A program made the position numbers and the translations under genes. Below, piece by piece: positions 36,025-47,522 of a stretch of DNA of 64,000 nucleotides. A model generated the notes under the pieces. The model saw only the letters and a program-made list of their open reading frames with translations, was not told where the DNA came from and made no database searches. Origin of the DNA: Anaeramoeba ignava BMAN (lineage: Eukaryota; Protista; Anaeramoebae); the NCBI GenBank assembly GCA_028826165.1, contig JAPDFW010000096.1:182681-246680 (forward strand). The letters run 5' to 3'. Every line of letters begins with the position of its first letter. The stretch's first letter is position 1.

Positions 36025-37242
36025 TTAAAAGTCTGGATCAAAAAATTCACCAGCAAGTTCTAAAAGATCACAAGTAACGTCAACAAACCAAGATCGTTTT
36101 TCCTCTTTTTTCTGTTTTTTTTCTTCTTTTTTCTTGTGTTTTTTTTCAATTTTTTTCTGTTTTTTCAATTGTTTTTTTTTGTCTAATTCTTTTTGGGTTT
36201 TTTGGTTTTGATTAATATTTTGAAATTGATTAAAATTCATCATTTGGTTTTGGTTTTGATTTACATTTGCATTTATATTCATATTCATCATTTGATTTTG
36301 CATCATTTGATTTTGATTTTGATTTACATTCATATTCATCATTTGATTTTGATTTTGATTTACATTCATATTCATCATTTGATTTTGATTTTGATTTTGA
36401 TTTTGATTTTGATTTTGATTTTGATTTTGATTTTGATTTTGATTTTGATTTTGATTTTGATTTGGCATTTGCATCATTGGATTTTGATTTTGATTTGGCA
36501 TTTGCATCTCGGGATTTTGCATCATTTGATTTTGATTTGGCATTGGCATTGGTGTTTGGTAATTGGTTGTTGGCATTAATCCAACATGTTGAAGTTTCAA
36601 CATCACTTGTTGATGAAAAACAGCAATTTCTTTAAGCATTTGGAAAATTGGAACAATGAATTTTGCATAACGATTGTTGATAACTTCATTCATTTCAAAA
36701 ACAGTTTCCATTTTAATTTGATTGTATTTTTGAGTTGCTTCTTCTTCTCTTTTTTGCGCTTCTTCTAGTTTTTCTGTTTCCGTTTTTTTCTTTTCAAGTA
36801 ATTTCAAACGGTCTTTTTGGGCCATTTGAAGATCCAAAGCAATTGAGTTTCTGTTTTTAATTTTCTTATTAACTTGTGCTAACAAAGCAATTTCTTTTCG
36901 AATCTGGTTTTCTTTGAGTTGATCCTCAACAATTTTCTTCAGTTCCTTTTCGATTTCTTTAATTTGCAACCCAAAAACATCTGCAGTTGTTCCTAAAGAA
37001 TGATTTTTATGACTTTTTTTGATTTGTGAATTTATTGTTTGAACTGTTTGTTGGATTTCTAAAAGCTGTTTTAAATAATCATGAAATAAACCATAAGCTT
37101 GAGTTGCATTTTTTCCAATCTCAATATATTGTTTATGAACTACATCATATTCAGGATCTTCAAACTTAGATTTTCCTCCAACAGCTTGAAGTGTTTGTTC
37201 CTTTTTTTTTGCGATTGAATGTTTTAATTTTTTCCAACTCAT
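36025..37242 (-). CDS. N-BAR domain protein (amphiphysin/Rvs161-like) with Q/N/M-rich C-terminal region
   Basis: N-terminal amphipathic MSWKKLKHSIAK...FEDPEYD, about 220-aa helical region with KIKNRNSIALDL, then NQ repeats. Confidence 0.75.
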   Translation of the reverse strand: MSWKKLKHSIAKKKEQTLQAVGGKSKFEDPEYDVVHKQYIEIGKNATQAYGLFHDYLKQLLEIQQTVQTINSQIKKSHKNHSLGTTADVFGLQIKEIEKELKKIVEDQLKENQIRKEIALLAQVNKKIKNRNSIALDLQMAQKDRLKLLEKKKTETEKLEEAQKREEEATQKYNQIKMETVFEMNEVINNRYAKFIVPIFQMLKEIAVFHQQVMLKLQHVGLMPTTNYQTPMPMPNQNQMMQNPEMQMPNQNQNPMMQMPNQNQNQNQNQNQNQNQNQNQNQNQNQNQMMNMNVNQNQNQMMNMNVNQNQNQMMQNQMMNMNINANVNQNQNQMMNFNQFQNINQNQKTQKELDKKKQLKKQKKIEKKHKKKEEKKQKKEEKRSWFVDVTCDLLELAGEFFDPDF

Positions 37243-37458
37243 TTAAAAACAAAAAAAATTTAAAAGAAAAAAAATGAAAAAAAATATTTTCTAAAATTTT
37301 TTATTATAAAAAAAAGCAAAAAAAAAGCTATTTAACATAAAAAGAAAAAAAGAAAAAAAAATTCTGTTCAAAACTAATTCACATTAACTGTTCAAAAGTG
37401 AAAAAAATTCTATTCAAAACTATTATTCTGTTCAAAAAAAAAAATTTCTAAAAAAATT

Positions 37459-38819
37459 CTAAAACTTTTCTATATCAACTAAAACTTTAAAAACTTCTTC
37501 AATAGAAACCTTTTGGATTCCTTTCAATTCCAAATCTTTAATTTCTTTTTCTTTTTCTTTTTCTTTTTCTTTTTCAACAAGAAAAAAATCATTTGAAACT
37601 AATTGGTTTTTTTCAATTATCGTTCCTTTTGAATTTTGGATAATTTTTCCCCAATCTTTTTTCCAAGAATCTGAACCGATTAAATAAAATCTAAATGATT
37701 GAAGAGTATTTTTTTGTTTTTGGAATTTTGTTTGATCAAAAATTTGGAAAGATTCAAAAGGAAGAAGTTTTTTTTGACTAACGGATTCTGAAACGAAAGA
37801 AAAATGAAGAAAGGGAACATTTTGAAGGATTTGTTTGAGGATATTTTGCGGAATTTGATGGATTTGATGTTTAGAAAAATTTGTCAAAATAATTTTCTGA
37901 TTATCTTTTTGGATTGATTCATTATTAATAATTTTTTCATTATCTTTTTGGATTGATTCATTATTAATAATTTTTTGATTATCTTTTTGAATTGATTCAT
38001 TATCAATAATTTTTTGATTATCTTTTTGGATTAATTCATTATTAATAATTTTTGATTATCTTTTTGAATTGATTCATTATCTTTTCCAATAATTGTTAAT
38101 TTATCAGATCCAAAAGAAAAAATTAATTGTTGAAGTGTTCGAGTTATTTGAGACTTGAAAAATTCATCTGTATTAGGAGAAAACAATAAAAAAAAACTAA
38201 AAGGGGTAAAAATATTTTTGATCTGTAAGTCTTCATTAATTGGTGAATTTTTTTGACTTGGATTTAATTGATCACTTGGATCAGAATTTTGATCTTCAAA
38301 AACTTGATTTGTATCTTCAGTTGCTTTTCTTCTTGCACTTCTTAGAGAAGCATAACATTTGTTACAAATCCATTCGCCTGTTTTTTTTTCTGTTGCCCAT
38401 TGAGGAAAATGTCTCCATTGAGATGTACTTGTTGAATTGCAAAGACAGCATTGCAAAGCATTTCTTTTTTTCTTTTTTCTTTTTGTTTGTTTTTTATTAT
38501 TCAAAAAGATTTTGTTTGTTGTTTTTTGTTCTTCTTTTTCTTTTTTTGCTTGTTCAACGTTTTTAACTTCTTTTATTTCTTTTATTTCAGTTATTTCAGT
38601 TATTTTTTTTTGCTCTTCTTTTATTTCTTTTATCTCTTTCATTTCAGTTATTTTTTTATTCTTTCTTAATTTAGATCTCTTCTTTTGTTTTTTAACTTCA
38701 TCTTCTTCTTCTTTTTTGATCAATGTTTTTTCTTCTGTGTTTTTTGTTTGTTTTCTTTTTTTCATTCTGGAAGTGAAAATATTAACTGCTTTTATAAATT
38801 GAGGATCTAAAAAAGACAT
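37459..38819 (-). CDS. GATA-type zinc finger + tandem BRCT protein; a single A missing at about 38050 joins ORFs 38031-38834 and 37459-37887
   Basis: C..C.STSTSQWR...ICNKC; BRCT-like IFTPFSFFL...VPFLHFSFVSESV..KKLLP and LQSFRFYLIG...WGKII...VSIEEVFKVL; the first 39-bp repeat copy has 5 A where the next copy has 6. Confidence 0.7.
37890..38082 (-). repeat. 39-bp coding tandem repeat x5 (NESIQKDNQKII[ND])
   Basis: aatgaatcaatYcaaaaagataatcaaaaaattatt repeated. Confidence 0.9.
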
Positions 38820-39526
38820 TCTTATAAATTTCAATGTTGTTTTTTTTATTATTGAAGTTTCAAAAAAAAAAAAATTAAAAAAAGATAAAAAAAAGATAAA
38901 AAAAATGTGTAAAAAGAAAAATAAAAATTGTTTTTGTTTGAAAATTTTTTTTTTTTAACTAAACAAAGAAAAATTTTTTTTTTAATTTAGATCTCTATTC
39001 AAAAAAGAAATAAAATAAGGGAGAATAAGATAATAAGAAAAAATTAATGGAAAAAACAAATGAGGGTTTCCTTTTTGATTTTATTTTTGTTATTCTTATT
39101 TGCTTTAAAAAAAAGAAAAAAAAAAAGAAAAAAAAAAAAAAGAAAAAAAAAAACAAAAGGGGATAAAGATCAAAAAAATTAAAAAACATGGATCAGTAAC
39201 TTTTTCTTCTTATAATTTGATTCAAAAAATTGAAAATCTACAGATCTTTTCTTCAATTTATTTAATTATAATTGAAAAATTTGTTTAATTTCCAAATCTG
39301 ATTAAAATTTATGAAAAATTACTAAAAATTATTTTAAATAAAAAACAAAAATAAAAATAAAAATAAACATAAAATGATCAAATAAACAACAAAATCAATT
39401 TAATTTAATTAATAATTAATTAAAATTTTGATTTAAATTTTTTGCTTATTTTTAAATTAAATAAAAAAAAAAAAGATCAATTTGATCATTTAAAAAATAA
39501 TTGATAAATAATATTAATCAATTTTT

Positions 39527-40300
39527 AATATTTATTTAAATTTAATTTTAAACACTTTCCAATTTTTGATTTAATTTTTTATTAATAAAATCTTTAATTA
39601 AATTTAAATTAAAATGATCAACAAAAAATAAATAAAATAATTTAAAATCAATTTTTTATTTAAATTATTAATTAAATTAATTTAACTTTTTCCAATAAAT
39701 ATTTAATTAAATTTAATTTTAAACACTTTCTAATTTTTGATTTAATTTTTTATTAATAAAATCTTTAATTAAATTTAAATTAAAATGATCAACAAAAAAA
39801 AAAATAAAATAATTTAAAATCAATTTTTTATTTAAATTATTAATTAAATTTATTTAACTTCTTCCAATAAATATTTAATTAAATTTAATTTTAAACACTT
39901 TTTTAAATTTCGATTTTATTCTTTTTTTTATTTTTCCAAAATAATTTAAATTAAAATGATCAACAAAAAAAAAAATAAAATAATTTAAAATCAATTTTTT
40001 ATTTAAATTATTAATTAAATTTATTTAACTTCTTCCAATAAATATTTAATTAAATTTAATTTTAAACACTTTTTTAAATTTCGATTTTATTCTTTTTTTT
40101 ATTTTTCCAAAATAATTTAAATTAAAATGATCAACAAAAAATAAATAAAATAATTTAAAATCAATTTTTTATTTAAATTATTAATTAAATTTATTTAACT
40201 TCTTCCAATTAATATTTAATTAAATTTAATTTTAAACACTTTCCAATTTTTGATTTAATTTTTTATTAATAAAATCTTTAATTAAATTTAAATTAAAATT
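39527..40300. repeat. 171-bp intergenic tandem repeat, about 4.5 copies
   Basis: The anchor TGATCAACAAAA starts at 39615, 39786, 39957 and 40128, exactly 171 apart. Confidence 0.93.
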
Positions 40301-40330
40301 AACTAAAAATTTGAAAATTCTATTCATGTT

Positions 40331-43300
40331 TTATTTACGAAGTGGCTTTATACCTAAACGAATTCTTATTTGATTTTGTCTTTCAATTTCATCAAGATCG
40401 TCTTGTTCTTTTTGATTTATATTTTTTTTATGAGATTTTTTAATTTTTTCTTTTTTTGAAAGTTTCCATTTTTCTTTTTTTCTTTTTTTTTTCTTTGATT
40501 TTGGAATTTGATTTTGATTTAAATTTTGATTTATATTTTGATTTTGATTTATATTTTGATTTATATTTTGATTTTGATTTTGATTTTGATTTTGATTTAT
40601 ATTTTGATTTTGATTTTGATTTTGATTTTGATTTATATTTTGATTTTGATTTTGATTTTGATTTTGATTTATATTTTGATTTTGATTTTGATTTTGATTT
40701 TGATTTTGATTTTGATTTTTGATTTTTGATATTTTGATTTTGAATTTTCATCAATAATTTTCAACATAAATTAAAGAATAACCATTATTTTAATTTTTGA
40801 TATTCAGAATATAATTTTTCAAATATAAATATCCTGGTTTTCCTATTAATCGATTAAAAAATTTGAAGAGGATTATATTTTGAAATCTTCGTTTCGAAAT
40901 AAATTCAAATTTTCAAGAGTAATTTCATTTTTAAATTCGAATTCTTTTAGGAATTCTAGGAAGAGAAGTATCACAAGAAGATTCAGAATGAAGAAGTTCA
41001 TCAATAAATTCATCAACATAAATTAAAGAATAACCATTATCAGTTAATTTTTTAAGTCTTCGAAAATCAGAATATAATTTTTCAAGTTCAATATAAATAT
41101 CAATTGGTTCTCCTATTAATCGATAGTAAAAAGCTCCTAATGCACGTACATATTTGAAATCTTCGTTTCGAATAAATTCAACTGTGATTTCTTTGGGTAT
41201 TTTTAATTCAATCATTTTTGTTACTAAACACAAGAAATTCGTTGGTTTTCTAATTCCTCCATATGTTCCTCCGATATGATCTAATTCCATAGCTTTTTCT
41301 AATAATGTTTTTGCTAATTTTATTTAAATTTAATATAAATTTAATATAAATTTGATATAAATTTTATTTAATTTGATTTAAATTTGATATAAATTTGATT
41401 TAAATTTAATATAAATTTGATTTAAATTCGATATAAATTTGATTTAAATTTGATATAAATTTGATTTAAATTTGATATAAATTTGATTTAAATTTGATAT
41501 AAATTTGATATAAATTTGATTATAAATTTGATTTAAATTTGATATAAATTTGATTTAAATTTGATATAAATTTGATATAAATTTGATTTAAATTTGATAT
41601 AAATTTGATATAAATTTGATTTAAATTTGATATAAATTTGATATAAATTTGATATAAATTTGATATAAATTTGATATAAATTTGATATAAATTTGATTTA
41701 AATTTAATATAAATTTGATATAAATTTGATATAAATTTGATTTAAATTTGATTTAAATTTGATTTAAATTTAATATAAATTTGATATAAATTTGATATAA
41801 ATTTGATTTAAATTTGATTTAAATTTAATATAAATTTGATTTAAAATTTGATTTAAATTTATTTAAATTTGATATAAATTTGATATAAATTTGATTTAAA
41901 ATTTGATATAAATTTGATATAAATTTGATTTAAATTTGATTTAAATTTAATATAAATTTGATATAAATTTGATTTAAATTTAATAAATTTGATATAAATT
42001 TGATTTAAATTTTGATATAAATTTGATATAAATTTGATATAAATTTGAATAAATTTGATATAAATTTGATTTAAATTTTGATTTTTAAATTTGATATAAA
42101 TTTGATTTAAATTTGATATAAATTTGATTTAATTTGATTTAAATTTGATTTAAATTTGATATAAATTTGATATAAATTTGATTTAAATTTGATTAAATTT
42201 GATTTAAATTTGATTTAAATTTGATATAAATTTGATATAAATTTGATATAAATTTGATATAAATTTGATTTAAATTTGATTTAAATTTGATTTAAATTTG
42301 ATTTAAATTTGATTTAAATTTGATTTAAATTTGATATAAATTTGATTTAAATTTGATATAAATTTGATTTAAATTTGATTTAAATTTGATTTAAATTTGA
42401 TATAAATTTGATAAATTTAAATTTGATATAAATTTGATTTAAATTTGATTTAAATTTTTGATTATAAATTTGATTTAAATTTGATATAAATTTGATATAA
42501 ATTTGATTTAAATTTGATATAAATTTGATTTAAATTTGATTTAAATTTGATTTAAATTTGATATAAATTTGATATAAAATATAAATTTGATATAAATTTG
42601 ATTTAAATTTGATTTAAATTTGATTTAAATTTGATATAAATTTGATATAAATTTGATATAAATTTGATATAAATTTGATTTAAATTTGATATAAATTTGA
42701 TTTAAATTTGATTTAAAATTTGATTTAAATTTGATTTAAATTTGATTTAAAAATTTGATATAAATTTGATATAAATTTGATATAAATTTGATATAAATTT
42801 GATATAAATTTGATTTAAATTTGATTGATTTGATATAAATTTGATTTTTAAATTATATAAATTTGATATAAATTTGATATAAATTTGATTTAAATTTGAT
42901 ATAAATTTGATATAAATTTGATATAAATTTGATTTAAATTTGATATAAATTTGATATAAATTTGATATAAATTTGATATAAATTTGATATAAATTTGATA
43001 TAAATTTGATTTAAATTTGATATAAATTTGATTTAAATTTGATTTAAATTTGATTATAAATTTGATATAAATTTGATATAAATTTGATATAAATTTGATT
43101 TTTTGATTAAATTTGATATAAATTTGATATAAATTTGATTTAAATTTGATTTAAATTTGATATAAATTTGATATAAATTTGATATAAATTTGATTATAAA
43201 TTTAATATAAATTTGATATAAATTTGATTAAATTTATATAAATTTGATATAAATTTGATTTAAATTTGATATAAATTTGATTTAAATTTGATATAAATTT

Positions 43301-44043
43301 GATATAAATTTGATATAAATTTGATATAAATTTGATTTAAATTTGATTTAAATTTGATATAAATTTGATTTAATTTTGATTTAAATTTGATATAAATTTG
43401 ATATAAATTTGATATAAATTTGATTTAAATTTAATATAAATTTGATATAAATTTGATTTAAATTTGATATAAATTTGATATAAATTTGATTTAAATTTGA
43501 TATAAATTTGATATAAATTTGATTTAAATTTTGATTTAAATTTGATATAAATTTGATTTTATAAATTTGATATAAATTTGATTTAAATTTGATATAAATT
43601 TGATATAAATTTAAATTTGATTTAAATTTGATATAAATTTGATTTAAATTTGATTTAAATTTGATTTAAATTTGATTTAAATTTGATATAAATTTGATTT
43701 AAATTTGATATAAATTTGATTTAAATTTGATTTAAATTTGATATAAATTTAATTTAAATTTGATATAAATTTGATATAAATTTGATATAAATTTGATATA
43801 AATTTGATATAAATTTGATATAAATTTGATTTAAATTTGATTTAAATTTGATTTAAATTTGATATAAATTTGATTTAAATTTGATATAATTTTGATTTAA
43901 ATTTGATTTAAATTTGATTTAATTTTTAATTTAGGGAATATTTTACTATCTAATCCAAAACAATGTTCTTTCCAATATCTACATTCTACAATTTTATGAA
44001 GAACAATTTTTTCAAGAAATTTTTGAGCAAATTTAATTGACAT
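40331..44043 (-). CDS. PRP38: Pre-mRNA splicing factor PRP38; exon 44043-43947, intron 43946-41314, exon from 41313; 3' part disrupted in this assembly; KS-rich tail and HIND-like C-terminus
   Basis: EKIVLHKIVECRYWKEHCFGL/TKTLLEKAMELDHIGGTYGG..KPTNFLCL..KM, EDFKYVRALGAFYYRL, VDEFIDELL; ends EIERQNQIRIRLGIKPLRK*. Confidence 0.88.
41330..43920. repeat. 11-bp satellite (AAATTTGATWT)n filling the 2633-nt PRP38 intron
   Basis: Mixed aaatttgatat and aaatttgattt units, roughly 235 copies. Confidence 0.95.
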
Positions 44044-44129
44044 TTTTAAAAAGAAAAAATGAAAAAAAAATGAAAAAAAAAAAATTTTTTAATTTAATTT
44101 TCCATTTTTTTTCTTTTTTTAAAACAAGA

Positions 44130-46981
44130 ATGAAGTTAATTTTGGTTTTATTCGTTTCACTTTTATTTGTTTTCGTTGAATTGAATTCATTTGATTGTGA
44201 TACTGTTGTGTCTCCAGGAGATAGAAGAAGAGATAAAAACAAATTAAGAGTTTGCTCTTTCAATCCAGAATATCTTTTGTTTGTGTTTTTTTTTTAATTT
44301 TTTTTTAATTATTTTTTTAATTCCAAATCATTTCCAAATAGATTTAGATTTTTAATTCAAATTTTAATTCAAATTTTAATTTTAATTTAATTTTTAATTT
44401 TAATTTTATTATTTAATTTTAATTTTAATTTTAATTTTATAAATGAATTTTAATTTTAATTTTATAAATGAATTTTAATTTTAATTTTATTATTTAATTT
44501 TCATTTTAATTTTAATTTTTTTTTAATTCCAAATCATTTCCAAATTGATTTATTCGTTTTTTTTTGTTTCAAATTTTAATTTTATTTTAATTTTAATTTT
44601 AATTTTATAAAAATTTTAATATCTTTTGTTTTAATTATTTTTAATTTTAATTCCAAATTTTAAAATTTTAATTTTAATTTTAATTTTAATTTTAATTTTA
44701 ATTTTTATTTTAATTTATTTTTTAAATTAATTTTAATTTTAATTTTAATTTTAATTTTAATTTTTTAATTTTAATATTAATTTTAATTTTAATTTTAATT
44801 TTAATTTTAATTTTAATTTAATTTTAATTTTAATTTTAATTTTAATTTTAATTTTAATTAATTTTAATTTTGATTTTATAGTGATGGTGTTGATGATTCA
44901 AGTTCTGGATGCCCATGGGAAACATCAAGTGCAGCAACAAAACATCTTGAAAAAGTGGCTCAAGTTTTAGAAGCAATTGATTGTGATCTTATTTCACTTT
45001 ATGAAGTTGAAGATTGTGAAATGTTATCAAGATTAAACGATTTATTGAGTGGTTATGATTATCATTATTACATTATGAAAGGAACAGATACATCAACAAG
45101 ACAACAAACATCAATTTTAACAAGAATTGATCCAACTCCTTTAAGGTATTTGCAAAATCAAATTCATTTATAATTTTAATATTTAATTTTAATTATAATT
45201 CAAATTTTAATTTTAATTTTAATTTTGAATTTAATTTTAATTTTTAATTTTGAATTTTAATTTTAATTTTAATTTTAATTTTAATTTTAATTTTAATTTT
45301 AATTTTAATATTTAATTTTAATTTTAATTTTAATTTTAATTTCAATTTTAATTTTAATTTTAATTATAATTTTAATATTTAATTTTAATTTTAATTTTTT
45401 TAATTTTAATTTTAATTTTAATTTTAATTTTAATTTTAATTTTAATTTTAATTTTAATTTTAATTTTAAAATGAATTTAAATTCCAAATCAAAATTATTC
45501 TTTATATATTTTTCCAAAATAAAAAGTGCTTCAACAGCATTATTAAGATCAGATGAACGTGTTTGGTTCCCAGTTAGTGGATCAAATTGTGGATATACTG
45601 GATCAGGTTCTTCATATGGAGTTTCTAAAAATCATTATGCAGTATTTGAAATGAACGGATTAGAAATTCTTTTAATTGGAGCACATTTAAGAGCATTCCC
45701 AACATCAGCAGAACCTTGTAATTTAATTTTAAATTTGATTTGAATTTTAATTTTAATTTTAATTTTAATTTTAATTTTAATTTTAATTTTAATTTTAATT
45801 TTAATTTTAATTTTAATTTTAATTTTAATTTTAATTTTGATTTTAATTTTGATTTTAATTTTAATTTTAATTTTAATTTTAATTTTGATTTTAATTTTAA
45901 TTTTAATTTTAATTTTAATTTTAATTTTAATTTTAATTTTAATTTTAATTTTAATTTTAATATTAATATTAATTTTGAATTTAATATTGATTTTAATTTT
46001 AATTTTAATTTTGATTTTGATTTTAATTTTAATTTTAATTTTAATATTAATTTTGAATTTAATATTGATTTTAATTTTAATTTTAATTTTGATTTTGATT
46101 TTAATTTTAAAAAAAAGGTGCAAGAAGAGAAGCTCAAGCATTAGTTCTTCGTAAATTAGCAGAAGATGAAGGATTTTCAAAAGGAAGAGAAGTTATTGTT
46201 ATGGGAGATTTAAATGTAAATCAAATATTAAAAATATTTCAATATAAAATATAAAAATATTTCAATATCAAATATTAAAAATATTTTCAATATCAAATAT
46301 TAAAAATATTTTCAATATCAAATATTAAAAATATTTTCAATATCAAATATTAAAAATATTTTCAATATCAAATATTAAAAATATTTAAAATAAAATATAA
46401 AAATATTTCAATATCAAATATTAAAAATATTTCAATATCAAATATTAAAAATATTTCAATATTTAAAATCAAATATTTAAAATCAAATATTTAAAATCAA
46501 ATATTAAAAATATTTAAAATCAAATATTGATATAAAATATTTAAAATAAAATATTTCAATATAAAATATAAAAATATTTAAAATATTAAAAAATATAAAA
46601 TATAAAAATATTTATATAAAAATATTTCAATATATAAAACAGGATTATTCAGATATTGATCCAGATATCAATTCAGATCAACCATTATCAAGAGTGTTGA
46701 GATTTATCAGAGAAGGTGAATCATCAAGTAGCGATTTATTGATTAATACAGCATCATTAATGTCACAAGATATGAGATATTCTTGTTGGTGGGATAAGAA
46801 CTATAACGATTATGAAAATTATCCTGAAGAAGATACTCAAATTGACCATGTTTTAATGTCACAAGGTCTTATTAATAAAGTTTCTAATGCTTACATCTAT
46901 CATTCTATTGATGTCTCTTATCCAGAAACTAATTTCAATGGTGATCATTATCCTGTTGTCGTTGATTTGGAATTCAATTAA
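44130..46981 (+). CDS. Secreted endonuclease/exonuclease/phosphatase (EEP/DNase I-like) family protein; exons 44130-44278, 44882-45145, 45527-45717, 46118-46215, 46643-46981
   Basis: Signal peptide MKLILVLFVSLLFVFV; SFNPEYLF, DLISLYEVE, GAHL, VMGDLND, IDHVL, GDHYPV; splice phases are consistent. Confidence 0.88.
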
Positions 46982-47522
46982 GATTTTTTCATCTTTTTTT
47001 TTCAAATCATTTTTTCCTTTTTTTTCATTCAAATTCCACTTTTTCCTTTTTACTTTTTTGTCAAATTTCGAAAGAAACAAGAAAAACAAAATTTGAAACA
47101 CAAATTTCTTTTTAATTTTTTTTAATTTTTTTTTTTAATTTTTTTTTTGATTTTGATCTTGATTTGAAATTTGATTTTGATTTTGATTTTGATTTGAATT
47201 TGATTTTGATTTTAATTTTGATTTTGATTTTAATTTTGATTTTGATTTTGATTTTAATTTTGATTTTAATTTTAATTTTGATTTTGATTTTGAATTTGAT
47301 TTTGAATTTGATTTTGATTTGAATTTGAATTTGAATTTTAATTTTAATTTGATTTTGATTTATATTTTGATTTTGATTTGAATTTTGATTTTGATTTTAA
47401 TTTTAATTTGATTTTGATTTTGATTTTAATTTTAATTTTGATTTAATTTGAATCCGAGGAAAATGAATTTTGATTTTGATTTTGATTTTAATTTTGATTT
47501 GAATTTGATTTTAAATTTGATT

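Noticed and set aside
45305-46180. ORF-track proteins made of IL, KL, KI, NF, FD or IYNL repeats (also 3671-4051, 13029-13733, 25686-25877, 30490-30843, 40456-40729, 53245-54352)
   Set aside because: These are stop-free frames of intronic microsatellites or antisense shadows of KS/NQ coding repeats
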